DNA of 61,899 nucleotides, the filler included. It is 5 parts of 5 records of this genome, joined end to end, with 100 filler letters (N's around TTAATTAATTAA, not from the genome) between each part and the next. Parts side by side here need not be neighbours in the genome. Positions count along the whole stretch, not along the records: positions 1 to 18,147 come from SRR31156797_28851; positions 18,248 to 33,191 come from SRR31156797_28855; 3 more parts are not named here. One strand, given 5' to 3'. A program made the position numbers and the translations under genes. Shown here piece after piece: positions 10,318 to 20,009 of the stretch. The notes under the pieces were generated by a model. That model worked only from the letters and a program-made list of their open reading frames with translations, did no database searches and was not told the origin of the DNA. Positions within the stretch are counted from its first letter, which is position 1, and each line of letters opens with the position of its first letter.

Positions 10318-10668
10318 ATGCACCTAAACTTCCGCACCTTTCATAAACTGCGCATTGTAACGGCTGTAATCGTTCTCGCCCTGGCCCTTATCTATCTTAA
10401 TGGGGGAGAAAAAATTGGATTGATTGGATTTGCGATACTCGCCGCCGTAGTCGCAGTCATTTGCAATAAAATCCGAAAAGGGATTATGCCAGCAGTCTGT
10501 GACCTCTGTGGCACCAAAGCCACCATGAAAGCCGAATACGGCGCAGGATTTTCAAACGCTCGGCTGATAATTAATTGTCCCTGTTGCGGCAGGGTTGTTA
10601 ACCAGGCCAAACAGGGCGTTGACCCCCAAAAAGAAACGGGAAAAAATTTAAAGACCAACGGAGAATGA
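10318..10668 (+). CDS. Small membrane protein, 2 TM plus zinc-ribbon-like CxxC...CPCC domain
   Basis: Two hydrophobic helices followed by CDLC and CPCCG; start codon uncertain (ATG 10318). Confidence 0.65.
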   Translation: MHLNFRTFHKLRIVTAVIVLALALIYLNGGEKIGLIGFAILAAVVAVICNKIRKGIMPAVCDLCGTKATMKAEYGAGFSNARLIINCPCCGRVVNQAKQGVDPQKETGKNLKTNGE

Positions 10669-10738
10669 AAGGCTTCCCCTTCTCTCGATTCACTCCATTA
10701 ACAGGCAACCAACCAAGTCAAGCAGAGACGCTAGGCAG

Positions 10739-11239
10739 TTATTTTTTCTCAGGCAACGTTACTGATAATTTTGCCAACGATTGCAAAAGGATTTCGATTA
10801 CATCGGTAACGCGCTCAGCAATTATTGGGGAAAGATCCATGCCCGTCTCGAGGGTCTGAGGGACAACGGTTATATATTGGACCTGTTCGGGTACTTTTCC
10901 TCTTATCTTACAGATATCAAGAATTTCCAGCATTCCTATTTGGTGGGGAGACATTCTTGTCTGCACATTCCCTGCCCTCACATCTTCATCTGTAAAAAGA
11001 TGTACAGAACCGGGATCGTCTTCAAGATCGATCACATCCAGAACATAAAGCTTGTCACATTGCTCGATAAAAGGTGCGAGCAATATTCCTGCTGTACCAC
11101 CATCGAAAACACTTATATTTTCTGGTATCTCATAGTGTTGTTCAATGTGTTGGACACAGTGAACTCCAAACCCTTCGTCCCCAAGCAGCAAATTACCTAT
11201 GCCGAGGATGCCAATGGTCTTATTTTGCAAATGGGTCAT
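10739..11239 (-). CDS. hybD: Hydrogenase maturation protease HybD/HyaD family
   Basis: GIGNLLLGDEGFGV, DGGT, SPHQ; directly after the large subunit. Confidence 0.95.
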   Translation of the reverse strand: MTHLQNKTIGILGIGNLLLGDEGFGVHCVQHIEQHYEIPENISVFDGGTAGILLAPFIEQCDKLYVLDVIDLEDDPGSVHLFTDEDVRAGNVQTRMSPHQIGMLEILDICKIRGKVPEQVQYITVVPQTLETGMDLSPIIAERVTDVIEILLQSLAKLSVTLPEKK

Positions 11240-11354
11240 TTTTTAAGCCTCGAAAAGACGGCGACCCCATCACTTCAACAATGTCACAGGAAAAGAAGTA
11301 ACGGGGCCCGCCGAGTTGTGAATAGTCTCCTGATTTAGAGACAGGTGGAACGCC

Positions 11355-13058
11355 TTACATCACCTTGATGGTGGATAATTCTCCACCATCAGGATTCAAC
11401 ATATGCACGGCACAAGCCATACAAGGGTCAAAAGAATGAATGGTCCGCAGAATTTCAAGCGGCTTTTCCGGATCAGCAACCGGGTTCCCCACCAGGCATC
11501 GCTCGTAGTACCCAGGCTCATCATTAGTTCCCCTTGGGCAGGCAAGCCAGGTGGATGGCACAACTGCCTGGTAATTTCTGATTTTGCCATTTTCAATAAC
11601 AATCCAATGAGAAAGAGTTCCCCGAGGGGCTTCATGGATGCCAACGCCTCGCTGCTCACCTTCAGGAAAATGAGGCTCATTGAACGTTGTATTATCGCCA
11701 GAATCAATATTAGAGATCAAAGCCTCCCACTGTTCGGCCATTGCATCCTGGACGACTGCAGCCCTGATGCTTCTTGAAATATGGCGCCCCATGGTTGAGG
11801 GAAGAATATCAGTATCAAAATTGGTCCTGCCAATGGATGCCATTGTTTCAAGCATCGTGTTGGTATAATTAACAGCAGGTGTATGTCGTGCTGCCAGCAT
11901 GGCAAGAACACTGGCCACAGGACCAACCTCGGCAGGCTCATTTAAGAATGAGGGAGATTTAACCCAAGAGTACTTACCATCCGACTCGTCCCCTGTGAAA
12001 TTAGGCTCTGTTTCCTCCACATAGGGATGACGCGTCCAGTCACCCGCATAGTAGGAATGCTTGACACTTTCCTTGACGTTATCCTCAAAGAATGGATCTT
12101 GAGAACTGCTTATTCTTCTGAAACTCTCTATATCGTTGCCCTTTATATAACCGCCGGGCATGGCAAACTTCTTTCCGTTTTCGTCCATAGGCATTTCCGG
12201 AACAGAAAGATAGTTGCCGTTACCCTTACCATAAGAGCACCACTCAGGGTACATGGCTCCGATTGCTGCGACATCAACCATATACACCTGCTCAACAAAG
12301 TCCCGCACCTCATCCATAAGGGTCTTGATGTAATACAATCTCTCCATGGTCAGGGTAGCAGGGCTGTCCAGATTAATGGGATTGGCAACACCACCAACTG
12401 CAAGGTTCTGGATATGAGGCGTCTTAGATCCGAGAACTGTAACCACCTTATTGATTTTCCGTTGATACTCCAGGGCCTGAAAGTAATGCACGGCAGCAAT
12501 AAGGTTAACATCAGGATCAAGCTGCATTGCCGAATGTCCCCAGTAACCACTAGAAAAAGGTCCCAACTGCCCAGAGCTAATAAATTTCTTCAATTTTTCC
12601 TGGGTCTGCTTAAACTCCTGGTAGCTGTTGTGTTTCCAGGGAGAAAGCTTCTGCGCCAGGGCAGCTGCTGTTTTGGGATCGGCTTTAGTAGCAGCCGATG
12701 CAATATCTACCCAGTCAACTGCTGAAAGGATGTAAAAATGAATGATATTATCTGCAAGACAATGAGCCCCTACAATCATGTTACGGATGTACTGGGCATT
12801 TACAGGAACTTCAAGCCCCAAGGCATTTTCAACGGCCCGCACAGAAGCCATGGCATGGACAGTCGTACATACACCACAGATGCGCTGGACAATCAACCAC
12901 GCTTCACGCGGATCTCTGCCTTTTAAAATAGTTTCAATTCCGCGCCACATGGTCCCAACGGACCTGGCATCAAGCACCTGGCCGTTTTCGACCTCACACT
13001 CAATGCGAAGATGCCCCTCAATTCTGGTTATTGGATCTATTACAATTTGTTCAGACAT
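11355..13058 (-). CDS. hybC: [NiFe] hydrogenase-2 large subunit (group 1c)
   Basis: DPITRIEGH, RICGVC (L1), DPCMACAVH (L2) plus a cleavable C-terminal tail; LGSKTPHIQNLAVGGV. Confidence 0.96.
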   Translation of the reverse strand: MSEQIVIDPITRIEGHLRIECEVENGQVLDARSVGTMWRGIETILKGRDPREAWLIVQRICGVCTTVHAMASVRAVENALGLEVPVNAQYIRNMIVGAHCLADNIIHFYILSAVDWVDIASAATKADPKTAAALAQKLSPWKHNSYQEFKQTQEKLKKFISSGQLGPFSSGYWGHSAMQLDPDVNLIAAVHYFQALEYQRKINKVVTVLGSKTPHIQNLAVGGVANPINLDSPATLTMERLYYIKTLMDEVRDFVEQVYMVDVAAIGAMYPEWCSYGKGNGNYLSVPEMPMDENGKKFAMPGGYIKGNDIESFRRISSSQDPFFEDNVKESVKHSYYAGDWTRHPYVEETEPNFTGDESDGKYSWVKSPSFLNEPAEVGPVASVLAMLAARHTPAVNYTNTMLETMASIGRTNFDTDILPSTMGRHISRSIRAAVVQDAMAEQWEALISNIDSGDNTTFNEPHFPEGEQRGVGIHEAPRGTLSHWIVIENGKIRNYQAVVPSTWLACPRGTNDEPGYYERCLVGNPVADPEKPLEILRTIHSFDPCMACAVHMLNPDGGELSTIKVM

Positions 13059-13069
13059 GACAAAACTCC

Positions 13070-14221
13070 TTACTGATTTGATTCAGCTGGTTTATGAACG
13101 CTGAAAACAGGGAAAACTTTTACAAAAAGTGTATACGCTGCAATTTCAAAGGCGATGAGCCCATAGGTAATCATCTGTTCACCAATGGATGGAAAATATT
13201 TCCATCCTGTTCCTGGATCAAAACCGATGATATAAGTATTAAAACGAAACAATGAACCGCCTACCAACACGGCAACTGCCGCAACAAAGAGTAATCGAGG
13301 ATTAGAGCGGTAGTTAGGATAGGCCAAGATAAACAAACCAATAAGCAGCATACAGTTCTCGACCAGAAACATGTTACCGAGGAAGCTGCCGGAAAAGGCA
13401 TTGGCCATTTCGCCACGCATGAAAATATTCTGAAAGCGAATAATTAGATAAAAGCCTAAAATCCAAGACATGATCCGCGCGATTTTAGCCAGCATACTGG
13501 TCTCGTCGCCCAGTTCATATACCCTGGAAGAAATGGTCGCTTCAAAGACAACCATTGCAAACCCCATGAACAACGCGGTAAGCAAAAAGAGCAATGGCAG
13601 GGTGCTGGTATGCCACAGGGGAGAGAGCTTGTAACCTGCCATGAGCATCATTGTTCCCAAAGAGGATTGATGCATGGTCGGCAGCAGCACCCCAAGAGCA
13701 ATCAAAGCAAAAATAACGCGATTGAGACGTTTGCCAAAATTCTTCAACTTCCACTTTTCTACAAAGGCCGGGGTAAATTCTAGCCAAAGGACAAAGATGT
13801 AGGTCCCAATACACATGGCCACCTCAAACATGACCGAGTGAAAATTCATCTGCCAGGGCAGGTAGAGATTATAAACATTCAGGTACCTGCCGATATCAAG
13901 AAACACGGATACACCGGCAAGGGTATAGCCAAACATGGAGGCAAGCAAAGCAGGTCTTACCAGAGGGTGGAATTGACCTTTATTCAAGATATAGACAAGC
14001 AGGGCCATAACGTACCCACCACAGGCAAACGCGGTACCTACAACCACATCATAGGCAATCCATATGCCCCAGGGAAACCCATCATTCATATTTGAAATGG
14101 ATCCAATCCCAAAAACAAATCGCTTGACCGCAAAATAACCTGCTATGCCGACAATGATAAGACAGATCACAAATGTCGGAGTAAAGATTCTTCCGCCCAG
14201 GGGTTTTGCTTCATCACTCAT
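13070..14221 (-). CDS. hybB: Hydrogenase-2 membrane subunit (NrfD/PsrC family)
   Basis: PWGIWIAYDV, DIGR, LPTMHQSSLG; about 10 TM segments. Confidence 0.93.
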   Translation of the reverse strand: MSDEAKPLGGRIFTPTFVICLIIVGIAGYFAVKRFVFGIGSISNMNDGFPWGIWIAYDVVVGTAFACGGYVMALLVYILNKGQFHPLVRPALLASMFGYTLAGVSVFLDIGRYLNVYNLYLPWQMNFHSVMFEVAMCIGTYIFVLWLEFTPAFVEKWKLKNFGKRLNRVIFALIALGVLLPTMHQSSLGTMMLMAGYKLSPLWHTSTLPLLFLLTALFMGFAMVVFEATISSRVYELGDETSMLAKIARIMSWILGFYLIIRFQNIFMRGEMANAFSGSFLGNMFLVENCMLLIGLFILAYPNYRSNPRLLFVAAVAVLVGGSLFRFNTYIIGFDPGTGWKYFPSIGEQMITYGLIAFEIAAYTLFVKVFPVFSVHKPAESNQ

Positions 14222-15206
14222 GATTTTCTCCTTTGACGGTTCCTATTTTTTCCTGGTCCTCTGCGTTTTTGTTCTTCTTTACCATGAACACAAGGCCAGC
14301 GAGAACTACCAGGGGATAGACCATTCCTTTATAAATGGCGTACTGAATACCACTGGCCATGGATACAAAAGATTCCTTTGGAAAACTCGGCAGACCGAAT
14401 TTTTCAAAAGGAACTGCAGACATATACATCACCTGGGTACCGCCCAATTCTTCTCTACCATATACGTGCCGTACATATTTTGGAGCTTTGAACGAATGAA
14501 CTTTCCCAGAATCAACAGATGAAACAGGAAAATAATATTGCTTTCCTGGTTTCATCTGCAGCCGACGCCTAGACTCTTCAATCAACTTTGCCACTGGCCC
14601 AAACAAGGAAGCCCCGGTTGGACAGACTGAACAGCAGGCTGAAATACCTCCCTTTGCAATAAGATGGGAACAGAGCTGACATTTGACGATCTCTGGATAC
14701 GGATCATCCCACTCAAATTTTGGAATATTATAGGGACAGGCAACCTGGCAATACCTACAACCGATACAGGCATCCTTATTATAGCTCACAATCCCGCTAT
14801 TTTTGTCCTTTACAAGGGCAGACACCGGACAAGCCGTCACACAAGAAGGATCAACACAATGAAGGCACTGGCGTTTGATAAATGCATACCCGTCTTGGAC
14901 AACATCCTTGTTAACGCCGGTACCACTTGAGAATTTTTTTATAATATTCAGCGTGTTGGAAGAAAGATCCACGGGTTTATCCCAGATGCCTTTTCCCTCA
15001 GCTAATTCAGGCGGCATGGAATTCGCCTCTTTGCAAGCCGACATACAGGCATTGCACCCCACACATAAGGTGGAATCATAGAGAATCCCTAGAGCTCCTG
15101 GCGGCAATGCTTCTACCGTTCGGGCATCAACAACTTGACCATCAAGGGTCAGCAGGGCCAGGCTACCAGCTGCGCCCTTAAGAAAATCACGCCTTTTCAT
15201 CTTCAT
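14214..15206 (-). CDS. hybA: Hydrogenase-2 4Fe-4S ferredoxin-type subunit
   Basis: Tat signal KRRDFLK, four Cys clusters (CVGCNACMSAC, CLHC..PSCV.AC, CIGCRYCQVAC, KCQLC), C-terminal TM; start at ATG 15206. Confidence 0.93.
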   Translation of the reverse strand: MKMKRRDFLKGAAGSLALLTLDGQVVDARTVEALPPGALGILYDSTLCVGCNACMSACKEANSMPPELAEGKGIWDKPVDLSSNTLNIIKKFSSGTGVNKDVVQDGYAFIKRQCLHCVDPSCVTACPVSALVKDKNSGIVSYNKDACIGCRYCQVACPYNIPKFEWDDPYPEIVKCQLCSHLIAKGGISACCSVCPTGASLFGPVAKLIEESRRRLQMKPGKQYYFPVSSVDSGKVHSFKAPKYVRHVYGREELGGTQVMYMSAVPFEKFGLPSFPKESFVSMASGIQYAIYKGMVYPLVVLAGLVFMVKKNKNAEDQEKIGTVKGENHE

Positions 15207-16311
15207 CTGCAGACCCCTTACGTCCAAGCTTCGCTGTGAATACTGCTCCTGCACCGATTGCAGCACCGCCCAAACCAGCCATAAGCGCTGCCGACCCAGC
15301 AGATACTCCCTGGCCACGTTCTACAGTAATGGGCGCATGTTCCGCTGCAGGTGTTGCATGCAAAACCGGGCTGGTAGTAAACTGGGGCATATTAAACCCA
15401 ACCCCCTGCTCTGCACAGCCGAAACAGGGATGTCCGATGGCAACGGGCCAGCAGCCAGATCCGGCATCACCAAATTGACTGGTTGAACAGTTCGCATGAG
15501 TTACCGGCCCCTTGCAGCCAAGATAATAGAGGCAATATCCTTGACGGTGACCTTCATCACCAAATTGACGGGCAAAGCGTCCATTATCAAAATGCGGCCT
15601 TCGTTCACAATGTTCATGAATCAACCGTCCATAGGCAAATTTCGGACGATTCTTGTCATCAAGGGCAGGCAGTTTATTAAAGGTTAGGTAGTGGATAATA
15701 GTTGAAAGGAGGTTATACGGATTGGGGGGACACCCAGGAATACTGACTACAGGCTTATCGGTAAGAACAGCCTGTACCCCCACACACTCAGTAGGGTTGG
15801 GCTCCATAGCAGCCACCCCACCCCATGAAGCACAGGAGCCAACGGCAATAACAGCTCCGGCCTGCGAACCAATCTCTTTCACGCTATCAACAAAATTCTT
15901 GCCGGCAACCTGGCAATAAATCCCCCCGTCTTTCAGGGGAATTGCTCCTTCAACAATCAGAATAAATTTGCCATAGTTTTCCTCTACGGCTTGATGCAAG
16001 GCTGCCTCGGCTTGATGTCCGGCACCTGCTGAGAGGGTTTCGTGAAAATCGAGGGAAATGAGATCGAAAATCAATTTTTCAATGGAGGGGTGCTCAGATC
16101 TAAGCAGTGACATACTGCACCCGGTACACTCTGACCCATGAAGCCAGATTACAGGTGGCCGTTGGGGACTGGTTATCGCATGAGCAATTTTAGGCGCTAC
16201 AGCTTCTGGCAGGGCCATGCCTGCAGCGACTGCAGAGCAAAATTTCATAAAATCCCTGCGCGTAACTCCGTTTAATCTTTCCTGGATCTGTTTAAAATTC
16301 TGGTCCTTCAT
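15187..16311 (-). CDS. hybO: [NiFe] hydrogenase small subunit
   Basis: Tat TRRDFMKFC, ECTGC, GSCASWGG, PGCPP, HEHCERR, GCKGP, HPCFGC, C-terminal anchor. Confidence 0.96.
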   Translation of the reverse strand: MKDQNFKQIQERLNGVTRRDFMKFCSAVAAGMALPEAVAPKIAHAITSPQRPPVIWLHGSECTGCSMSLLRSEHPSIEKLIFDLISLDFHETLSAGAGHQAEAALHQAVEENYGKFILIVEGAIPLKDGGIYCQVAGKNFVDSVKEIGSQAGAVIAVGSCASWGGVAAMEPNPTECVGVQAVLTDKPVVSIPGCPPNPYNLLSTIIHYLTFNKLPALDDKNRPKFAYGRLIHEHCERRPHFDNGRFARQFGDEGHRQGYCLYYLGCKGPVTHANCSTSQFGDAGSGCWPVAIGHPCFGCAEQGVGFNMPQFTTSPVLHATPAAEHAPITVERGQGVSAGSAALMAGLGGAAIGAGAVFTAKLGRKGSADEDEKA

Positions 16312-16376
16312 ACTCTCTCTCTTGATTATCGGCCCCCGGTCTCCCGCGATGCCGCCTATAGCATTTGTGCGTATAT

Positions 16377-16652
16377 TTACTTACAGATGTCGTCAGTAAA
16401 CGGTGAAGGTTCACTGAGACATTTTGCAAGCACCTTACGCTCCTTCTCAGATACGTCTGCATGTAATTTGATCATTGCATCTATAATACCTAACCACCGA
16501 CCTTGGCTTTCGCCAACTTTCGCACAACTCGTTGAAAAACCGTGGCAGCCATTGCATTTGGTTGCAAGAATCTCCCGGCACCCTTCGGTGGAATGGCACC
16601 CAACGAGAATGACAACAGGTACAACAACGGCATAGATTTTTTTTAATAACAT
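16377..16652 (-). CDS. Small putative monoheme c-type cytochrome lipoprotein
   Basis: Lipobox-like ILVG-C, a single CNGCH, co-oriented 65 bp upstream of hybO. Confidence 0.65.
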   Translation of the reverse strand: MLLKKIYAVVVPVVILVGCHSTEGCREILATKCNGCHGFSTSCAKVGESQGRWLGIIDAMIKLHADVSEKERKVLAKCLSEPSPFTDDICK

Positions 16653-16826
16653 TTTGGGTAGTTATAAGAAAACGAATAATGACTCAAAGACGTCAAGAGA
16701 TGCCTCAAAAAATCCGATCTGCATACAGAATACACTGGCTTGAGAAAACATAACCCGCATACAGCAAAAATCAAATAACACAGATTGCACAATTTGCACA
16801 TCAACATTTGTTTCCATCAGGATTAA

Positions 16827-16842
16827 TGATACTAATGTATCA
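16827..16842. promoter_or_regulatory. Palindrome upstream of the hyb operon
   Basis: TGATAC-TAAT-GTATCA. Confidence 0.4.
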
Positions 16843-16933
16843 ATTCAACTGACAAGGACCCTGGATACCAAAACTAAAAGGTGTGTAAAAACAGATATAC
16901 AAACAAGGGAAACCAACAGAAGAACCCGGAAAA

Positions 16934-16945
16934 GGGGGGGGGGGG
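16934..16945. repeat. G12 homopolymer tract
   Basis: 12 consecutive G in an otherwise AT-rich intergenic region. Confidence 0.85.
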
Positions 16946-17367
16946 CAAGCAAAAATGATAATTATTCAGCTAGTTAGGAAACCCTTAATAGGAATAATTT
17001 ACAAATATATAGGGACAAGATAGAACGGGAAAGACCAAGCTGCGTTGACCAAGAGACGCATCGGCCCCGAGCAGCTAAACAACAAATGAAAAAAAATGCA
17101 TGAGACAACTCAGTTTATAGCGATCGCGAAAAAACAGGAAATACATATTAATTCAGATAATTAACCCGATCCATACCCATACAGGCGCATGAAACAAGCA
17201 AGCTGGAAAGGAATTTTCTTCCCCAACTTGGCACTTACACCAAAGACAATACATGAAAAATAAATAATAGTGATTAGTCTATACTTATCACTATAGTGGA
17301 CGCCAACGGCACAACGGATTCCAACGCAGGTATCCACTGCTCGCGCCTTCAACCAGAGGGAGATATC

Positions 17368-18006
17368 ATGAAAAGGCTCTTTTCACGTCAATCCCAGCTC
17401 AAAACCCTTACCAGGGTCTGCAGAAACTCCTACCTCACAAGCTGCTGCCAAGCAGTAGTTTACGGCTCGTTTATAACCATTCTCATACAGGCGTGGGAAA
17501 CTGGCGAAGCCTTCTTTTTACTGGCAAGTTATTCTGATGAAACAATGAAATTTGTCAGGAACTGGATAACCCTTGGCTACATTCTGACCATCGTGCATTT
17601 TTTCATCAAGCTGGAACAAATTCCAAAGTATCTCAATGTCGTGCAGTCCGATAATCCAAAATATGATCTTAAGAGACACCTGGATTGCGTACGTTGGGTT
17701 GGAGTGGTCTGTGGGTTTACCGCTGGCATGCTTTTATCGTACTGGTCAATGCACTCTGCCACAGGCCCTGACTCCAGGCTAATCTGGTCCACCATTATCT
17801 TGATGCTTATCATCATGATTGGAACCGGCAGAGATTTCTGGAGAATGTCTGGACTATCTCCCAATATTGCAGAAAAAATAGAATCTCTTACTAGCCGCTA
17901 TGCGGCTGCAAGAAAATATTGCCTAGAGATCTTAGAACACAGACCTTTCGTAGATGTCGACTTCGACCTCCTTACGCAGGAACTAAGGCGAACGGCTGTT
18001 ATCTAA
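17368..18006 (+). CDS. Hypothetical membrane protein (about 4 TM)
   Basis: GAGGGAG RBS before ATG 17368; four hydrophobic segments; no recognised motif. Confidence 0.65.
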   Translation: MKRLFSRQSQLKTLTRVCRNSYLTSCCQAVVYGSFITILIQAWETGEAFFLLASYSDETMKFVRNWITLGYILTIVHFFIKLEQIPKYLNVVQSDNPKYDLKRHLDCVRWVGVVCGFTAGMLLSYWSMHSATGPDSRLIWSTIILMLIIMIGTGRDFWRMSGLSPNIAEKIESLTSRYAAARKYCLEILEHRPFVDVDFDLLTQELRRTAVI

Positions 18007-18070
18007 AGAACAAGAGGATATCAACCTCTCCCTCGAAGAAGGGGGATGAAAGGAAAGGCACACAAGTATA

Positions 18071-18106
18071 CAAAAAAAGGGTAGTTGACAAAAAGTCAAC
18101 TACCCT
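18071..18106 (-). terminator. Rho-independent terminator after tRNA-Asp
   Basis: AGGGTAGTTGAC-AAAAA-GTCAACTACCCT 12-bp stem followed by a U tract on the minus strand. Confidence 0.85.
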
Positions 18107-18117
18107 GAATTTTTTTT

Positions 18118-18147
18118 TGGCGGGATCGACGAGACTCGAACTCGCGA
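18118..18147 (-). tRNA. 3' fragment of a tRNA, probably tRNA-Asp
   Basis: Reverse complement TCGCGAGTTCGAGTCTCGTCGATCCCGCCA: T-arm, G discriminator, CCA. Anticodon not visible, so the identity is inferred. Confidence 0.75.
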
Positions 18148-18247
18148 NNNNNNNNNNNNNNNNNNNNNNNNNNNNNNNNNNNNNNNNNNNNTTAATTAAT
18201 TAANNNNNNNNNNNNNNNNNNNNNNNNNNNNNNNNNNNNNNNNNNNN
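18148..18247. other. Artificial contig junction (N run with TTAATTAATTAA linker)
   Basis: 100-nt spacer with an all-frame stop linker. Confidence 0.98.
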
Positions 18248-18403
18248 GGTTTTCGCTTCGCTCAACCGTCATTTGCATTACGTGCATAATTTACCTCGCT
18301 GTGTTCGGTGTCATTTTTTCGCTATGCTCATTGCGCTAAGCGCTACGCCCTTTTCGCTGAAGTAGCCTTTTTCGCTTCATTCGCCTACTTCACTTCGTTC
18401 GCA

Positions 18404-19873
18404 TTACTCTCCCTGTCCTAAAGAATAAGCCCTGGCTCCGTTAAAATTATACAGGTTTTCTGTTTTGATGAAGTCCAGACCGTCATCCCGAATCTCGGTT
18501 AATAGAGTAAGGATATCTTGTGATTTAATTTTATCCTTTTTCTCCGGCCGTCCCTTGATGTTTTCTTCTGAAACAAATCTACATCGCCAGTGGTCTGTGC
18601 AGAAAGTCTCGGGCATTCCGTCAGGGAAAACTTTTACCCCGCGATTGGTGATCATCTTAAGCCTGAGACTGGATTTTTTCATGGCCAACAGTCGCTTACC
18701 AAGAATATCCGGGTTGCGATCCGATTCAGACCAATCGATAAATACATCCACACCAACAAGCTCCTTTCTAACAGGCGCTGTAGGCCTGGTGCTGATTTGT
18801 ATGCGGCTATCACCGTCTTTGAATTTGACCGGCTCCAGGTCGAATGGTAATTTTCCAATTCGTTTAATGATTTCGTCGGCAAATTCCATGGTACCAACAC
18901 GTTTATAGCTGAGGTCGTTTCTGAATATATCGCCGGTATGGTAGCCGTCTTCCAGGGTTTTGAGCCATGCGTTGGCTATCAGCTCAGCGGTTTTGTTATC
19001 GCCGATGTGTACAAGCATCATAATGGCAGCATTGATGAGTCCTGAAGGATTTGCAATGTCCTTGCCTGCGATGTCAGGGGCAGATCCATGTATGGCTTCG
19101 AACATCCCGAAGTCCGTTCCGATATTGGCTGATCCGCCCAGTCCGACTGATCCGGCAACCTGTGCTGCAATGTCCGAAATGATATCCCCGTATAGGTTGA
19201 GTGTTACGATTACATCAAAAATTTCGGGCCGCTCGGCAAGAAGTGCTGACCCTATGTCGATAATTTTATGCTCTGTTTCGATGTCAGGATATTCTTTGGC
19301 AACCTTATCAAAAGTACTGTGAAACATGCCATCAGTATGTTTCATAATGTTGTCTTTACTCATGCAGGTAATCTTTTTTCGATTGTTGGCACGGGCGTAT
19401 TCGAATGCGTACCTGATGATACGTTCGCTGCCTGGTTTTGAAACCAGCTTGAGGCATTGTATCACCTCTGGAGTTTGCTGGTGCTCAATGCCGGCGTAAA
19501 GGTCTTCCTCGTTTTCACGGACAATCACAAGGTCCATGTTCGGAAAATTTGATCGCACATATGGCGTAAAAGCCCTGCACGGGCGGACATTCGAGAAAAG
19601 TCCCAGTGATTTTCTGATGGTTACATTGAGGCTTTTGTATCCGCCTCCCTGGGGCGTGGTAATCGGAGCTTTCAGAAATACTTTGTTTTTTCTGAGTACA
19701 GTCCAGGATTCTGGTGATATACCTGATTTTTGGCCTTTTTTGTAAACCTTTTCGCCCACATCAATGAAATCATACTCAAGGTCAGCACCTGCCGCATCCA
19801 AAATTTTTATTGTGGCATCCATAATTTCCGGGCCGATGCCGTCGCCCCTGGCTACTGTTATCCGCTGCTTCAT
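18404..19873 (-). CDS. icd: NADP-dependent isocitrate dehydrogenase (long form with C-terminal extension)
   Basis: GDGIGPEI, KAPITTPQGGGYKSLNVT, RENEEDLYAG, NLYGDIISD, FEAIHGSAPDIAG, DHWRCRF. Confidence 0.95.
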   Translation of the reverse strand: MKQRITVARGDGIGPEIMDATIKILDAAGADLEYDFIDVGEKVYKKGQKSGISPESWTVLRKNKVFLKAPITTPQGGGYKSLNVTIRKSLGLFSNVRPCRAFTPYVRSNFPNMDLVIVRENEEDLYAGIEHQQTPEVIQCLKLVSKPGSERIIRYAFEYARANNRKKITCMSKDNIMKHTDGMFHSTFDKVAKEYPDIETEHKIIDIGSALLAERPEIFDVIVTLNLYGDIISDIAAQVAGSVGLGGSANIGTDFGMFEAIHGSAPDIAGKDIANPSGLINAAIMMLVHIGDNKTAELIANAWLKTLEDGYHTGDIFRNDLSYKRVGTMEFADEIIKRIGKLPFDLEPVKFKDGDSRIQISTRPTAPVRKELVGVDVFIDWSESDRNPDILGKRLLAMKKSSLRLKMITNRGVKVFPDGMPETFCTDHWRCRFVSEENIKGRPEKKDKIKSQDILTLLTEIRDDGLDFIKTENLYNFNGARAYSLGQGE

Positions 19874-20009
19874 AGCTTTAATTATATTCTACTTTTCATT
19901 CATTTATCCAATAAACCTCAATGGCATACTTTGGTTCAACAAAAATCGAAAGATATTAATTTGTGAAGGCATTTAATTTCGCTGATGTGATTTTTTTCTC
20001 AATTTCTGG

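Noticed and set aside
11355-16311. [NiFeSe] or O2-tolerant hydrogenase
   Set aside because: L2 motif is DPCMAC with ordinary Cys codons, and the small subunit has ECTGC without the supernumerary Cys of [4Fe-3S] enzymes.
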